Shown here: positions 11,819 to 25,880 of the stretch, piece after piece
Position numbering within the stretch: the first letter of the stretch is position 1
Layout of the letters: the number at the start of each line of letters is the position of its first letter
Assembly: GCA_043228905.1 (NCBI GenBank)
Contig: JBHGNT010000014.1
Span: 14,942,001 to 15,006,000, forward strand
Direction of reading: 5' to 3'
Source: Azolla caroliniana
Taxonomy: Eukaryota > Plantae > Polypodiophyta
Length of the DNA: 64,000 nucleotides
Notes under the pieces: generated by a model
Databases searched by the model: none
What the model was told of the DNA's origin: nothing
The model's input: the letters and a program-made list of their open reading frames with translations, nothing else
Program-made: the position numbers and the translations under genes

Positions 11819-14800
11819 GCATACTGTGTATATTCTAAGCTCTCCATTAAACCTACGTTTCTGTGTTCGGTTTTCTATTGCTTCTGCACGCTATTCTTTT
11901 TACATATACTAAGCCCTAACTTATTGACGAGTTCACACTCAGACGGATACAACTTGGAAGGAGTCGGCCTTTTATGCCAACAAATTCCCCCGTAAAAGGA
12001 CTAATCTTTCTTGCATGTACAAGTGTTTGGGTTTATCTCCCCTGTAAGCCTAGATTACAAAATTGATCTAGGCTTATATGTTACAAGTCGATCGGCATGT
12101 AGTCAAGTCGGCAAATGTATAGGATGTGTCGTTATTGTTCCGATCAGATCATACCTTTTGCTCCTCGTTCGACTTTCTTCTGCACGGTCGCTTGTCGTAG
12201 CCCCATTTTCGTCCTTAGTGCTCCGAAGCGTAGATCTGGGAGTGGCTTCGTCAGGCAATCGATGATGTTCACCTCGGTGTTGATCTTCCGAACTTCGAGT
12301 TTCTTTTCATTTGCGAGCTCCCAGATATGATGATACCGCACCTCAATGTGCTTCGTCTTCGCATGATAGACGAGATTGTTGATGAGGTGTATTGCGTTCT
12401 GTGAGTCGCAATAGATGGTCGGCGTTGGTCGGTCATTTCGGTTTGCAGTTGCGAAGTCGGCAGTCAGTCGGTGCAGCCAGATCGCTTCCTTCGTTGCTTT
12501 CGATGCTGCTATGTACTCGACTTCTGTGGTAAACAGAGTTGTGCACTTTTGAAGTTTCGACCTCCATGATATCGCCCCGCCACCATGGGTGAAGGAAGAT
12601 GTAGTGTGATGTCGATTTCCGATTATCTGCATTTCCAGCATAGTTAGAGTTGGTGTAGCCTTCGACTTCGGCTGAGGTTGTCAGTCCAAAAGTCAGCTAT
12701 GCATCCAAGGTTCCTTTTAGATACCTAAGGATGTGCTTGACATCCTCCCAATGCTTCTTTCTTGGGTTTGACATGTACAGGCTGGCATAGGCTAGATTGG
12801 GTCGGGTCGCCACCATTGTGTACATGATACTTCCTACTACCGATGCATAGGGTATTTTTCCATTAAATTCTCTCTCCTTGTCCATCGAAGGAGAGTCTCT
12901 GTCCGATAGTCCAATCGACGTCGGAAGCAGTGTCGGTGTTTTCTTCGCATTCTCCATGTTGAAGCGCTTCAACAACTTGCGGATGTATTCGGATTGGGAG
13001 AGTCGGAGAGTTTTGGTTGTCCGATTTCGCTCTATCCTCATGCCCAGTATGTGTTGGGCTTGTCCGAGTTCCTTCATCGCGAACTTTGCGTGAAGGCTCC
13101 GCTTCAGCTTACCGATCTCTGCTTGATTGCTTTCTGCAATCAACATGTTGTTGACGTATAGGATCAGATAGATCCTTGACTCATCGGCCAGTTGTCGAAC
13201 ATACATACATGGGTCAGAGTCTAATCTGTTGTATCCAAGCTGCCGTATGTAGGAGACAAACTTCTGGTACCACATTCTCGGCGCTTGTTTTAGGCCATAT
13301 AGAGTTTTCTTTAGTCGACATACGAGGTGACTGTTCTCCCCCGTCGTTGTGAAGCTTGTTGGTTGAGACATGTATATGTCTTCTTCCAGATCTCCGTGTA
13401 GGAATGTCATCTTTACGTCCATCTGCTCGAGTTCTAGATCTTATGTCGTGACGACTCCTAGTAGCAGTCGGAGGGTGGTCATCTTGACTACCGGTGAGAA
13501 TATCTCGTCGTAGTCGACCCCATATTCCTATTTGAATCCTTTCGCGACAAGCCAAGCTTTGTACTTGGGTTTCTCTGAGTCGGATACATACTTGTATCGG
13601 AAAACCCATTTGCAAGGTAGCAGCTTCCTTCCAGCTGGTAGTTTGACCAACTCCCATCTCTAATTCTGATGAATCGAGTCCATTTCAGATTTCATGGCTT
13701 GTAGCCATGTTTTGGCGTCCGGTGCGGCCATAGGTTCTTCGTAGGTGCTTGGTTTGCTTGCATTCGTGTAGTTGACGTAGTCGCGGCCTAGTTGGTAGAA
13801 GTCAGTTTGCCTTCGAGCTTGTCCAGATCTCCTGTGTTTTGAGATGTTTGGTTCGGATCCTTTGATCAGCTCTGTTGGTCGATCAGTATTAGTTGAACCA
13901 TCTGTATCAGGAGTCTTGTTAGGTGTCCCACCCCCAGATTGGGATTTCTATGGTGTCTAGTTGTCCTCCCTTGTGGTTGTCGTCGACTCTTTTCTAACTT
14001 GTCTCTGGGTGACTTTGCCTTTATCAATTCTGGTCGATTCGGTTGTGTCTTTGATGACTTTGTCTTTGAGTTCAACGATAGGACTTGTTGCTCATTTGGT
14101 GTCGGCAGGGAAGTTGGTAGCTTCTTGGAGTTCGACTGTTTGTTGAGTCTCCAATTCAGCCTGGTGGGTTGATCCTTCTACGACAGTGCTGTCATCTTCG
14201 AAGGATACCTTCTTACCAACTGTTTTCCGTTGGTTCCGTTGAGAGAAGATAGAGTCTTCATTGAAGATTACATCGCTGCTCCAGATCAATTTCCGGTTCT
14301 CAAGGACCCATAGCCAGTAGCCGAAGTCCCCATCAGTTCCATAACCGAGAAATATGCACTTTGTTGCATGGGGTGCCAACTTCGTCCTTTTGTTCCTAGG
14401 GATGAAGGCGTAGGCTTCGCATCTGAATATTCGGAGCCTGTTGTAGGTCGGTTGTTTGCCTAACCATAGTTCCTGTGGCACTTCGAGCCTGATTGCCCTT
14501 GACGGCGCCAGATTTATCAAGTACATTGTCGTCTGCAATGCCTCGGCCCAGAATTCTAGCTTCAGTGCTTCAGTCCAACTTGCTGGAGCATTGCCGTCAC
14601 CCTCTCCTAGATCGTCCTGTTGATCCGTTATGCCACTCCATTTTGCATGGGTGTGTAGGGAACTGTCTTTTGGTGTCGGATCCCTTTTCCGAAGTTATCC
14701 AAACAGGTACTGTTTGATGGCTCTAGAGGTGTACTCACCTCCATTGTCGGATCGGAGTGTCTTCACTTTGTATTCTGACCGGTTCTCCACTTCAGATATC

Positions 14801-16836
14801 CATCAAATGAAGACCTTGAGCGCTTCATATTTGGACTTGATGGAGTATGCCCAAACTTTCCGTGTAGAATCATCTACAAATGTGATGAAGTATCAGGAGC
14901 CTCTTAGTGATCGCTCTGGCATGGGCCCACATATGTCTATGTGCACGAGCTCTAGGGGCTGTTGTACCATCTCGTAGTGGAGAGAGTGCGGACTTCGGGT
15001 CTATTTCCCATATCTACAATGCTCGCAGAAGTCCGTCTTTGCCTGGAGTTTCGAGATGTAGCCGACCGACATCAGCCGATCAAGTCCAGCTTGAGACATG
15101 TGGCCAAGTCGGCCATGCCATAGGTTCAAGTCAGTTTTCTCGGCTACATTCACGACCCCTTCAGGGTTGATCGCCATCAATGGGTATAGATTATTTTGAG
15201 GTTTCCTCGGCTGATCACCCATGTCGACTCGTGTAGAGTCATTCGATACCCGTCTTTGGCTAACATGCCAATGGAGACTAGACTCCTCTTTAGATCGGGT
15301 ACATGCCGAACTCGGTGTAGGGTTATTGTGTAGCCATTTGGCAATCTGATGGGAACCTCCCCTATTCCAGCTATCTTGCACTCCTGCATGTTTCCCAGTC
15401 GGACTGTGCCGCTGGCATTGGCTGAATAGTTCGAGAACCATTCTACGTTGGGGGTCATGTGAAATTTGGCACCAAAGTCTAGTAGCCACGTGTATGCAAC
15501 TTGTGCACTTGAGAGGACTTCTCTGATCATCAAATCCTCTAGGGAGAGGATTTCTCTAGATCGGGTGTCAGCAATGTTGATATGGTTGCCGATTGGAGAG
15601 TGGTCTGAGTCGGAACATCCCTGATTCCGCTCGGATCGCCGACCGCCCTCGTTTCTTTTTAATGACCAGCAGTCGGAAACATTGTGGCCAGCTTTCCTGC
15701 AATGTGTGCAATACTCGCTTTCGACTTCGACCGCTGTCGATCACCCCTTGTTTTCGATTGGTTGTAGCATCGACCGGTTCTCTCAGCTTGTTCTTTCGTT
15801 CGACTCTGTCAGTCGAACGACTCTGTCCAGTGATGGGCTTCTACTGACTCATCGATGGTTAGTCCCATCAATTTTCGCCTGATGTCTTCTATGAGGACTT
15901 GGCCGATTGTTTCGTCCAGGTTTAGGATCAATCGGCTATTGTCGTATGTTGTGCAGAATACCTCCCAACTCGCCGGCAAGCTCGATAGGAGGGCAAGGGC
16001 TTTCACTTCTTCTTTGAAGTTGATCCCTTGTGACGAGAGCTTAGACAACACCCGGCTGAAGGTGTTGATGTGGGAGGTTGTCGGATCGGTCTCTCTCATC
16101 TTCATGTTGAACATTTTTTTGATCCGAATCAGTTTCGGAGATGAGGACTTCTTTTCATAAACGACATGTAGCTTCTCCCATAATGAGAACGTTGTCGTCT
16201 CTTTCGTCATGCTAAAATAGAAGTTTTCGGCCATATGCATTTGGATGGTGGAGCATGCGATTTCATCCATTGATCTCCACTCCTCGGTTGTAATTGAAGC
16301 AGGTTTTTCACTATGTTGAATGGCTTCGACCTGTCTTCAAATGATCAGCACATCCTGCATCATCTCCTTCCACAAGGCAAAGTTTTTACGGTCGAATTTT
16401 CTAATTTCAACTCCTGTTCCAGATGTTGAAGCCATATTTTGTTTGTGAGCTTGAGATTTCTGACCTGGTCTTTTCTTTCAGCTTCTTCTGTTTGTCTATT
16501 GCCGTCAAACAACAAAGATTCGCTCTGATACCAATTGTTGGTAAGGAGTGCGGTTTGCGGAAACATGTGTGGATCTGTTGTCGGTTTTGAACAGCAAACA
16601 ACGCAGACAGAAAAATAGAATGGGCATGGACTTACACAATACAAGCTCTAATGTAAAGCTTTATTGCTTTGTTCTCACTCTCTCTCTCAAAGATACAATA
16701 CACAGACACTTCGTCTCTCTGTCACTCGTCATTCTATACAATGTTAGGTATTCGCTTATATACTAAGCCTTAACTTATTGACGAGTTCACACTCGGACGG
16801 ATACAACTTGGAATGAGTCAACCTTTTATTCCAACA
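11313..16836 (-). mobile_element. Ty1/Copia LTR retrotransposon D, inserted in the 3' LTR of C
   Basis: 5' LTR 16536-16836; 3' LTR 11313-11982 is split by a solo LTR; TSD TTTAG/TTAAG; iMet PBS 16520-16533; PPT 11983-11992. Degenerate gag (15809-16270), protease, integrase, RT (12697-13422) and RNase H (12144-12641). Confidence 0.92.
11539..11904 (+). mobile_element. Solo LTR F (related to Copia G LTRs), inserted in the 3' LTR of D
   Basis: TGTTGAG...TTTTACA with perfect TSD TATAC. Its reverse complement shares GTGCTCAGTGAGCACTTTTATACAAGT and GTACTTCAATGCTC with LTRs 54612-55017 and 59896-60306. Confidence 0.9.
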
Positions 16837-16894
16837 TTAAGGGTTATTTACAAATATAGCCTCGATAGGCTCACCATGAAACATATTTGCACAT

Positions 16895-17913
16895 ATGTGC
16901 GGAATGCAGTCTTCCATTCATCCCCAGGACGAATTCGAACAAGGTTGTAGGCACCTCGAAGATCTAACTTCGTGAAATACTTTGCTCCACTGAGGCGTTC
17001 TAGAAGGCTTGAGATCAATGGTAGAGCATATCGGTTTCTAATAGTTACTTTATTCAAGCCCCGATAATCCACGACCATACGAAGCGTACCATCTTTCTTC
17101 TTAACGAAAAAGATGGGTGCACCAACAGGAGATCTTGAATGTTGGATAAAACCATTTGCCAGGTTCTCATCTATATATTCTCGAAGAACCTCTAACTCCG
17201 TGGGCGAAAGGTTATAAATTGGCCCCCATGGAGGCTCTTTTCCTGGCTGCAAATCAATTGGGCAATCATAGGGTCGATGCTCTGGTAATCTATTAGCCTT
17301 CACCTTATCGAACACATCGGAGAATTCTATGTACTTCTTTGGTAATTGGACCCCCAATTCTTGTGAGGTAGATGAGGGAGTTGCTAAAACCGCAAACACC
17401 ATCATGTCTTCCTTCCTTCCATCCTCTCGTAACTGATGTATAGAGATTGTTGAAATCATGTGGGATCCTAGATCCTTTGTTGGAGTTTCAAGAGACTCGG
17501 ACTGTACTATGACCTCTTCAATAGTTCTTTTTCTCCAATCAATAGTTGGGTTATGTAACTCAAACTAAGGAAGACCAAGAACTAGAGAGTGCTCTGGACT
17601 ACTAATGATGTTGAATGAGATGATACTAGCCAAATTACCTAGGACTACACGAATTGATTCAGACTCTTCGACTATATCACCTGATGTTATAGGGCGACCA
17701 TCAATGTCTCCTACAGCTACTGGGTTCGGGAGCTTGTTCAAGATGATGTTTTGGGTCAATGCAAACTCACGATCCATGAAACAAGAATTCGCTCTAGAAT
17801 CTAGGAGGGCAAAGGCTAGGACTCGATGACCTGTAGATGTGCTAAGCTCGACTTGTGCAGAAAAAACTCTACTAACTTGATTTGATGAAATGGAACCACA
17901 ACTAGGTACAAAC
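16895..17913 (-). mobile_element. LTR-less Ty3/gypsy chromovirus (Tcn1-like) protease-RT fragment
   Basis: Protease ALLDSRANSCFMD...LVLGLP and [15 protein letters not shown]...[24 protein letters not shown]...[24 protein letters not shown]. It lies inside C's 3' LTR and is absent from C's 5' LTR. Confidence 0.88.
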
Positions 17914-20900
17914 TCCGGTTTGCACTGGATCCATCCGGATTCACTCGATCCGGTTTCCGGGTCTCATCTGAAACCCTTCCGGATCTAGTTCCTTCATCCG
18001 ACTCCTCCGGTTCTCATCCGAATCCCATTCGCAGGGACCAAATTCCCAACAAACTCCCCCTTCACTCTGGCATGGGATTTCTTGTTAATCCAATCCGTCT
18101 TCAGCACGCGCTCAACTTGTCAGTTGAAAGCACATTGGTCAGCATATCAGATCCGTTCTCCTTCGTGTGGATCTTCGTCAGCACAAAGTCTTGATCTTCT
18201 ACCCTCTCCCGGATCCATTGATACCTCCGCTAGATGTGCTTCGTCCGGGATGGTAGGCCGCCTTCTTCACAAGGTGGATGACACTTTGATTGTCGCAATA
18301 GAGCCGGAATTCCTCCTGCCGGATCCCTAGCTCTCCGATGAAGTCCTTCATCCAGATTATCTCATTGCCGGCTTCCACAGTTGCCATGTACTCCGCTTCT
18401 GTTGTCAACAATGCAATGGACTTCTGCAGCCTCGATTGCAATCATATGGCTCCCCCTGCATAAGTCATGACATATCCGGATGTAGACCGGCTGGTATCCG
18501 CATCAGCCGACATATCTGAATTCGTGAATCCATCAAGTTGGGGTTTACCGGAGCCAAACCGGAGGCACATACTCGAGGTGCCTTTAAGATACCAGAGTAT
18601 CCACTTGACCGCATTCCAGTGCTCTCTTCCCGGATTGCTCATGAACCAGCTGGCTATGCCAACAACATATGCAATATCCGGCCGGGTGCACACCATTGCG
18701 TACATTAAGCTTTCGACAGCAGAGGCATATGGTATCTTCATCATATCCGACTTCTCTGCCTTTGTCTTCGGGCTCTGCTTTTCAGACAACTTGCAATTTT
18801 CTGGAAGTGTCGATCTGGCCGGTTTCGCCTCCGATATGTTGAACCTTTGAAGCACCTTTGTCACGTACTTCTCCTGTGACAACCACAACAGCTTCTCCGA
18901 CCGGTCCCTGATTATGTGCATCCCTAATATCTGTCTTGCCGGACCCAAGTCTTTCATTGAGAAGGTCCGGTTTTGGGCCTTCTTCAGCATTCGTATCTTG
19001 ACTTGGTCTTGTCCGACGATCAACATGTCGTTCACGTACACGAGCAATATCAAGAAATCTCGTCCGTCAAATTTCTTCACAAACACGCAATGATCAGCTT
19101 GCGTCTTGTGGTACCCTTGATCCATCATAAAGGAGTCGAACTTCCGGTACCATTGCCAGGGGGCTTGCTTCAATTCTTATAAGCTCTGCTTCAGCCGGCA
19201 CACCAGGTGCTCCTTCTCTTTCTTCTCAAATCCTTCCGGCGCACCATGGGCTCTTCTCTCTTTGAGAGGGTATCTTTGTCCTTGGTTTCTGACTACCGGT
19301 TCCTCCGTTTGTTCCGAATCCGAATCCGATTCAGGATCTTGTCTGGTTCCGATGTCTTCTTCTTCTTCTTCTTATTCTTCTTCTTTGGTCGGTTCGGTTT
19401 CTTGTCTGAATCCGACCGGTTCGTCTGGTGTCATCCAGTTACCAGCTAACATCCGGTTTTCAACAAGGTAAGTCCTTGTGTCCTCAAGCCGGTTTTCATT
19501 GGATGATCCGGAGTTCATCACCTTCTTCTCCGACTCCCAGTTAGCAATGGTCGTGTCCTCCATGCAGACTATGTCCCGACTCCGGAACACCTTCTTGTCG
19601 ACCAGATCCCACACCCAGTAACCGAATTCATCATCGCCATATCCAAGGAATATGCATGGTTGGGTCTTCGGATCCAACTTTGCTCTCTTGTCCTTTGCGA
19701 CATGCACATATGTGACACAACCAAACACCTTCAGATGCCAGTATGATACATCTTTACCGGTCCATACTCTCTATTGTGAGTGTCCTTCCAAGGGTGCTGA
19801 GGGTGATCTGTTTATCACATACGTCCCCGTCATCAGTGCCTCAACCCAAAACATCTTGGGTACCTTTGCATGTACCAGCATGCTCCGGACTCTCTCCATC
19901 ATGGTCCGGTTCATCCGTTCGGCCAACCCATTCAGTTCCAGCATCTTCGGCACGGTGATTTCGAGCCCGATTCCCTTCAACCGACAGTACTCCTCGAACT
20001 GTCCCCGGTATTCTTCTCCATTATCTGCTCGAACCGTCTTCAACTTCTGGCCAGTTTCTCTTTCCACTCTCGCATGGAGCTCCTTGAAGACAGACAACAC
20101 CTGATCCTTCGTCTTCAATGGTGAGACCCACAGCTTCCGGTTGTGGTCATCTATGAACGTCACGAAGTATTGCGATCCGGCATGTGACTTCATGTCCACT
20201 TGACACACATCGGTATGCACCAACTCCAGTGGTGCATTCCGTCTTATCAGTGGTCTTGACCGGAAGGAGGTTCGGTTTTGCTTGCCGGCCAAGCAGTTAG
20301 TGCACTTCTCAGGATGCACGTCTTTCACCTTCGGAATGAGGTTATCTTCGGCAAGTCTTCTCAACCCCTTCTAGCTCATATGACACAGTCTCTTATGCCA
20401 CAACTCACGGGCAATGTCGGATGCTACGTTCACTTCTTCCTAGCATATCCGGGCATGCATCAGATACAATGTGTTGATCTTCCGGGTTCAAGCCACAATC
20501 AGGCTTCCTTTGCTGAATTTCATGACTCCGTTCTAGATGTTACCCTTGTAGCCTTCATTATCTAGCTGACCGGTTGATATCAGGTTCAATCGAACCTCCG
20601 GAATGTGTCAGACTTCTTTCAGCAGCAATTTGCCGGTTGATGTTGTCAACAACACATCTCCTATGCCGACAATTCGACATGTTCCTTCATTCCCCATCTA
20701 GACACAACCGTGATCTCCGACTATGTAGGATGAGAAGCATTTCCGGTCCGTTGTCAGGTGGAACGACGCTTCGGAATCGACAACCCACGTTGTCTCGTCG
20801 CTGACAAGGTTTAACTCATTCTCCTCGGTAATGAGCATCAATTCTTCTTCACTTGTCATGATTGCCGACGTTCCCTTCTAATCCGAGCCTTTCCGGTCCA

Positions 20901-21718
20901 AACCTTTCTTTGAATCGGCATGGTCGGTTCCTTTCTCTTTCCGGAAATGCCAACAGTTCTTCTGGAAGTGCCCCGACTTCCCACAGTAAAAGCAAGTGGG
21001 CCTCCCCCTTGACTTCAACCTCGTCCCCGATTTTTCCCGGTTTTGGGGACTCCGATACCGGCCTCTTCCCCAGATTTGGTCATCTTCCATGACCAAGGCC
21101 TTCAGATCAGTTCCAGATTCCCGGTCCTTCCAGCGAGCTTCTTCATCTAGCAAGCTTGATTTGACCCTTCCTAGGGACAACTACTTTCCTGTCGGCCCGA
21201 CGTTGCCCAAAGTGACAACTATCATCTCCCAACTATCCGGGAGGGAACCGAGCATGAGCAGTGCAAGTACCTCATCGGCCAGAGGTACTTCAAGCAAAGT
21301 TGTTTAAATTATGAGTCCCTGAAATGCATTCATGTGCTCTACCATGTTGGATCCGTCCTAGTACCGGAGTCTCAATAGCTTCCGAAATACCAAAACCCGA
21401 TTTACGATGTTTTTACTCTCCAACATAGTGCCGATTTTCTCTCAGAGCACATGAGCTTTACTTTCTTCATTGAAGTTGTTATATAGGCTCGTGTCAATGA
21501 AGCACCGGATGTATGTCGTTGTCTTCATGTGCATCACCTCCCATGTCGTGGCATCGATCTTGTCCAGTTTCTTGTCCTCGAACTGTACTAGCATCCAGAG
21601 ATCTTTTACCACGAGCATGTCCCTCATCTTCGACTTCCACACTAGGTAGTTGGAGTCGGTGAGCTTGAACATGCCGCCGAATGATTCTTCCATTCCCTTG
21701 TTCGCTCTGATACCATTT

Positions 21719-22233
21719 TGTGCAGAAATAACGCTCGGCCACAACCAAGTCTTCAACAAGGAATAGAAGAGATCAAACTAAAACCGAGATGACACAAGAT
21801 GTTTACGAGGAAACCCTAAATGGGAAAAACCACAGGAGCCCACGAATTCCAACTATCACTATGAGGGGAGGAATACAATGTGAGACTCAGAGGCAATGAC
21901 CACGAGCTCTATGTCTTCGCCAACCGGCAGTTACAACAAAAATCGTTCTATCTCTCTCACACACACACTCACTGTGTACACACTTTATTACACATCCTAT
22001 ATAAAGTGATTGCCCTAAGTCATATTTATACTTATATTACTGTAGGGCTATTTACAAATATAGCCTCGATGGGCTCACCATGAAACATATTTACACATGT
22101 TCTTGGATCCGGTTTGCACCGGATTCGCTCGATCTGGTTTCCGGGTCTCATCCGGAACCTTTTGGATACAGTTCCTCCGGCTCCTCCAATTCGGCTCCTC
22201 CGGTTCTCATCCGGAGGGACCGAATTCCCAACA
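21719..22233 (-). repeat. 5' LTR of Copia C
   Basis: TGTGCAGAAATAAC...TTCCCAACA; matches the pieces 10941-11312, 16837-16894 and 17914-18051. Confidence 0.9.
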
Positions 22234-24584
22234 GGTGCCACCCTTTCGCCGCTACAAGTGCAATCATGGTTCGCACAGTCGTCATCTTTGCCACCAGGGC
22301 AAAGGTCTCTTCGTAGTCGACTCCAAGTGTTTGTTCGTATCCTTTCGCTACGATTCGGGCTTTATTGCGGTTGACGGAGCCGTCGACATTATACTTCACT
22401 TTGTAAATCCATCTATAGTTGATCGCCTTTTTGTGTGGTGAGTGGGGAACGAGATCACATGTCTCTTTCTTGCATAGTGCCCCCATCTCCTCGTTCATTG
22501 CTTTGACCCATCATGGATCCTTGGCTGCCTCGGAAAAAAATCTCAGTTCATGAACTATCGTCACCTTTACCATAAAGGCATAGTGATATGCCATATAGTC
22601 ATTGTAGCATAATTGGCTAATCAGATTCTTCTCTCGGGTGGAGCGACGGAGTTTCTCATTTGTCGATGTGAGTGCTTTCTTAACTCTGGGTGATCTCATA
22701 AGAGGCACATCAAAGCCACTGAACTCACTGTCGAGTGAGTGAGTCAATTCGTTGTCGTCGAATTGATCATCTTCATATTCCGGCATTTTGGCCTTGCCTT
22801 TGTCCATCTTTGGACTTGGTCGAGATGTGCTCTGGTTGCTCAGCGGCTCTTGTGGCCCACTGAGCCTAGTCGTGATCATACTTTATTCGAACATAAGCCT
22901 CAGTTGATCTTCGTCTTCTATCTCTTGGTTGGCCAAGTTTGGGTTGACTGGAAACGGTTCGGGAAAAGTCGGCTCAAGTTCGTACCATGATGCCGATTCG
23001 TCAAAGATGACATTCTGAGATACACAAACCTTCAAAGTAGAGGGGTTGAAGCCCTTGTACCCCTTTTTCTCCAATGAGTACCCTACGAGGATACACTTCT
23101 CCGACTTGGGATCTAGCTTTTGCTACTTTTCGCAGGGGATGTGCACGTATGCAAGTGAGCCGAATATCCTAACATGGGATAGATCCGACTTCTTTCCATA
23201 GTACTTTTCGTGCAAGATAACCTCGTGCACTCCGGATGTTGTGCACCAATTCATGAGGTAGAGGGCAGTATTTGCTGCTTCAGCCCAATATGACTTTGGT
23301 ATATGCTTCTCGTTTAGCATCGTCATTGCTACTTTGAGGATGTGCCGATTTTTGCGTTCGACCACTCCATTTTGTTGTGGTGTATGTCGATAGGAAAACT
23401 CTCGCATGATTCCTTCTTGTCGAAGGTATGTCATGAATGGATCAAAGAAGTATTCCTTGCCTCCATATGATCGAAGACATCGTACATGATGGTTGGTTGT
23501 CTTTTCGACGTCGCTTTTGAATTTCTGGAAGTGTCTGAACACTTCACTCATTTGCCACATGGGGTAGATCCATGTGTGCCTGGAGAAGTCGTCGATAAAG
23601 GTCACATAATATCAGCATCCGTTGAATGTAGTCATCTGAACCGGTCCCCATACATCTGAATGAATTACATCGTGTAGGCCTTTGATTACGTTCCTCTCTT
23701 TCAGGAACGGGTGCCAATGTTGATTGTCAAATTGGCAGGTTGCACATACGCCTTCAATCTCTTTCTCTTTGAAGGTCGGGAGCTCGATGACGATTCCTTT
23801 CGATTGAATTGCCTTGAATTTATTGAGATTGATGTGGTCAATCCTCTTGTGCCACAACTTTATGTCGGTATCCGCTTTGAGGCCCTTTGCAAACATGGTC
23901 GATTTACCTCGTTCAGCTTGAGGATAAACATTTGTCCTTCCCTTCGACCACGAGCGATGAGTCAGCCTTCCTTCTTGATGAAACAACCACCTTGGTTGAA
24001 TCGAACTTGCATGCCTTGCTCAACAATTTGGTCGACTAAGACCAAATTCTTCGTTATGGTGGGTACATGCAAGACATTTTTTATGCAAGTTCGTTTGCCT
24101 TCTTTCCCAAATGGGACATTGTCGATATGCCGAATCGGATGAGTATTGTCGTCTCCGATTTCGACATAGTTGGGTCGATCCAGTTGTCGAAGTTCTCGGA
24201 ACCATTCTTGATGAGACGTCATATGGTTCGAGGCATCGGAGTCGACGAACCATACATCTTTCGAGTTGGAGGCACTAGTCGAAGTAGAAGCCAACATAGA
24301 ATTTGTTCTATGTCTCATCACGAACATTCTGCCATGATCGTCATAGTCGGAGTTGGTGGCGTAATTGGTGACTTGTCGCCTTGTGGAAGCCAACTCGTGC
24401 TTCTTCTTCCAGCACTCTTCTTCGTGGTGGCTGATTTTGCCGCAATATCCACACTCGATTGAGTTTTGTCGGCTTGGACCAGCATGGAAACTCCCCCTTC
24501 TTCCAAACTTTCCTCTATTGTCTCCGTTTTCTTGCCGAAATTGGGAGTTATTTTCATTGGTCGGACCTCGTCCGCCTCATCCTT

Positions 24585-25057
24585 TGTTAAGAGGCTACTA
24601 CTAATCAATAGACCAAACTAAAGTAAAAGAAGGAAAATAGAATGGATAGAAGAACCCGTTCCACCCGACCACCCCCGAGCTATGATCTAGACATAGCCAA
24701 CCTACCACCGACGTCCCATACAGCCGGATATTAGGATGACTAATACCTTGGAAGAGATAAACACGATCGTCGAGACGAAAGCCTAGCTTGCACCACCGGT
24801 GTCTAAGACGGCAGCCTTCCGACGTAATGTGATTATGAGGGTAGGTAAGCCTCATATTTATACCTTTTCCTAGGCCCCTTGAATAGATGTGCCTTTCTAA
24901 AAGGCTCTCCATTCATTGGTTGTCCAAATCATGATAGTGCATGCACCTATCATTCCTTCTATCCAATCATTAGTCCCCTTTTTAACATTAGTGAACATAC
25001 CCTTCACTAATGTAAATATTGGTGACCTACCCTCACCAACGTTATGTGTACATAACA
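24585..25057. mobile_element. Solo LTR inserted in the gag of Copia A
   Basis: TGTTA...TAACA inverted ends; perfect TSD TCCTT (24580-24584, 25058-25062); A's gag continues across it. TATA-like TATAAATATGAGG on the minus strand. Confidence 0.9.
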
Positions 25058-25880
25058 TCCTTGGCCGAATCGGCCTCTTGTTGCTCGATCGCATCCTCTT
25101 CCTCCCTCTGAGTGTGTGTAGAGCATGTGGCCTTCCGAGACGTTGCTCCTTGTTCAAGCATGGTTTTCTTAAACCAACAACATTGATTGAAGATCAAAGA
25201 AAGAGGGAGGATTCTCCCTTGCTAGGGCAGCGGTTCTCATTATGCTGAATCATGGTGCAAGGCCGCCTAGGCATATTTGCCCCATCTCATCATCCTCCAC
25301 ATTAACGCTTATGGAGCCGAGCGAGTCACAAAGCTCCTTGATCTTCAAGGTGTAGCTTGTGATGGACATATCCCTTTGTTGGATGTTGTTCAACTCTTGG
25401 CGGAGTTGAAGCTTTTGTGTCGTCGTATTGACAGCGAATATCTTCTTGAGATTCTCTCAAGCTTCTTTTGGCGTCTTGGATTCTCAAATGTAGCCAAGCA
25501 TGTGGTCCTGGACACATGTCGCCAAGCAATACATCACTCGGCTTGCAGCTTGCGGCTTGCTCCCATATTGAGTATTCGGGAGTCGTTGGGTCGGGTCGAT
25601 TTTCTTGTGCTCCTTTGATGTAGCTCCAATAGCCTTGGCCGACTAGGTATTGGTGCATCTTGTACTCCCAAGATGCAAAGTTGTTTCTATCCAACTTTTC
25701 ACCAGGGAGAGCGCTCCCCATTTGAGTATTCATTATGTCGATGTTGATTTCTTTCTTCTTTTCCTTCCCTCTCGAACACGAGCTATGTAGTGACACTACG
25801 ATAGCGATGAGTTGGTTCTTCTTGAACGTCGGTGTAGAACACACCACACGCGGATGGGATACCAAATCGCTCTGATACCA

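Larger units (their letters stand above)
10941..22233 (-). mobile_element. Ty1/Copia LTR retrotransposon C (Tnt1/Tork-like), inserted in the RT of A
   Basis: 5' LTR 21719-22233; 3' LTR 10941-18051 is split by D and the gypsy fragment; TSD GGTGT/GGTGC; iMet PBS about 21703-21715; PPT 18052-18061. Gag (CFYCGKSGHFQKNC), integrase (NGLAERMNRT), RT and RNase H fragments on the minus strand. The RT N-terminus appears deleted near 19205-19245. Confidence 0.9.

Noticed and set aside
24585-25057. Solo LTR family as retrozyme (hammerhead) or Cassandra (5S-bearing) element
   Set aside because: I found no CUGANGA...GAAA hammerhead core on either strand and no convincing 5S rRNA similarity by eye.
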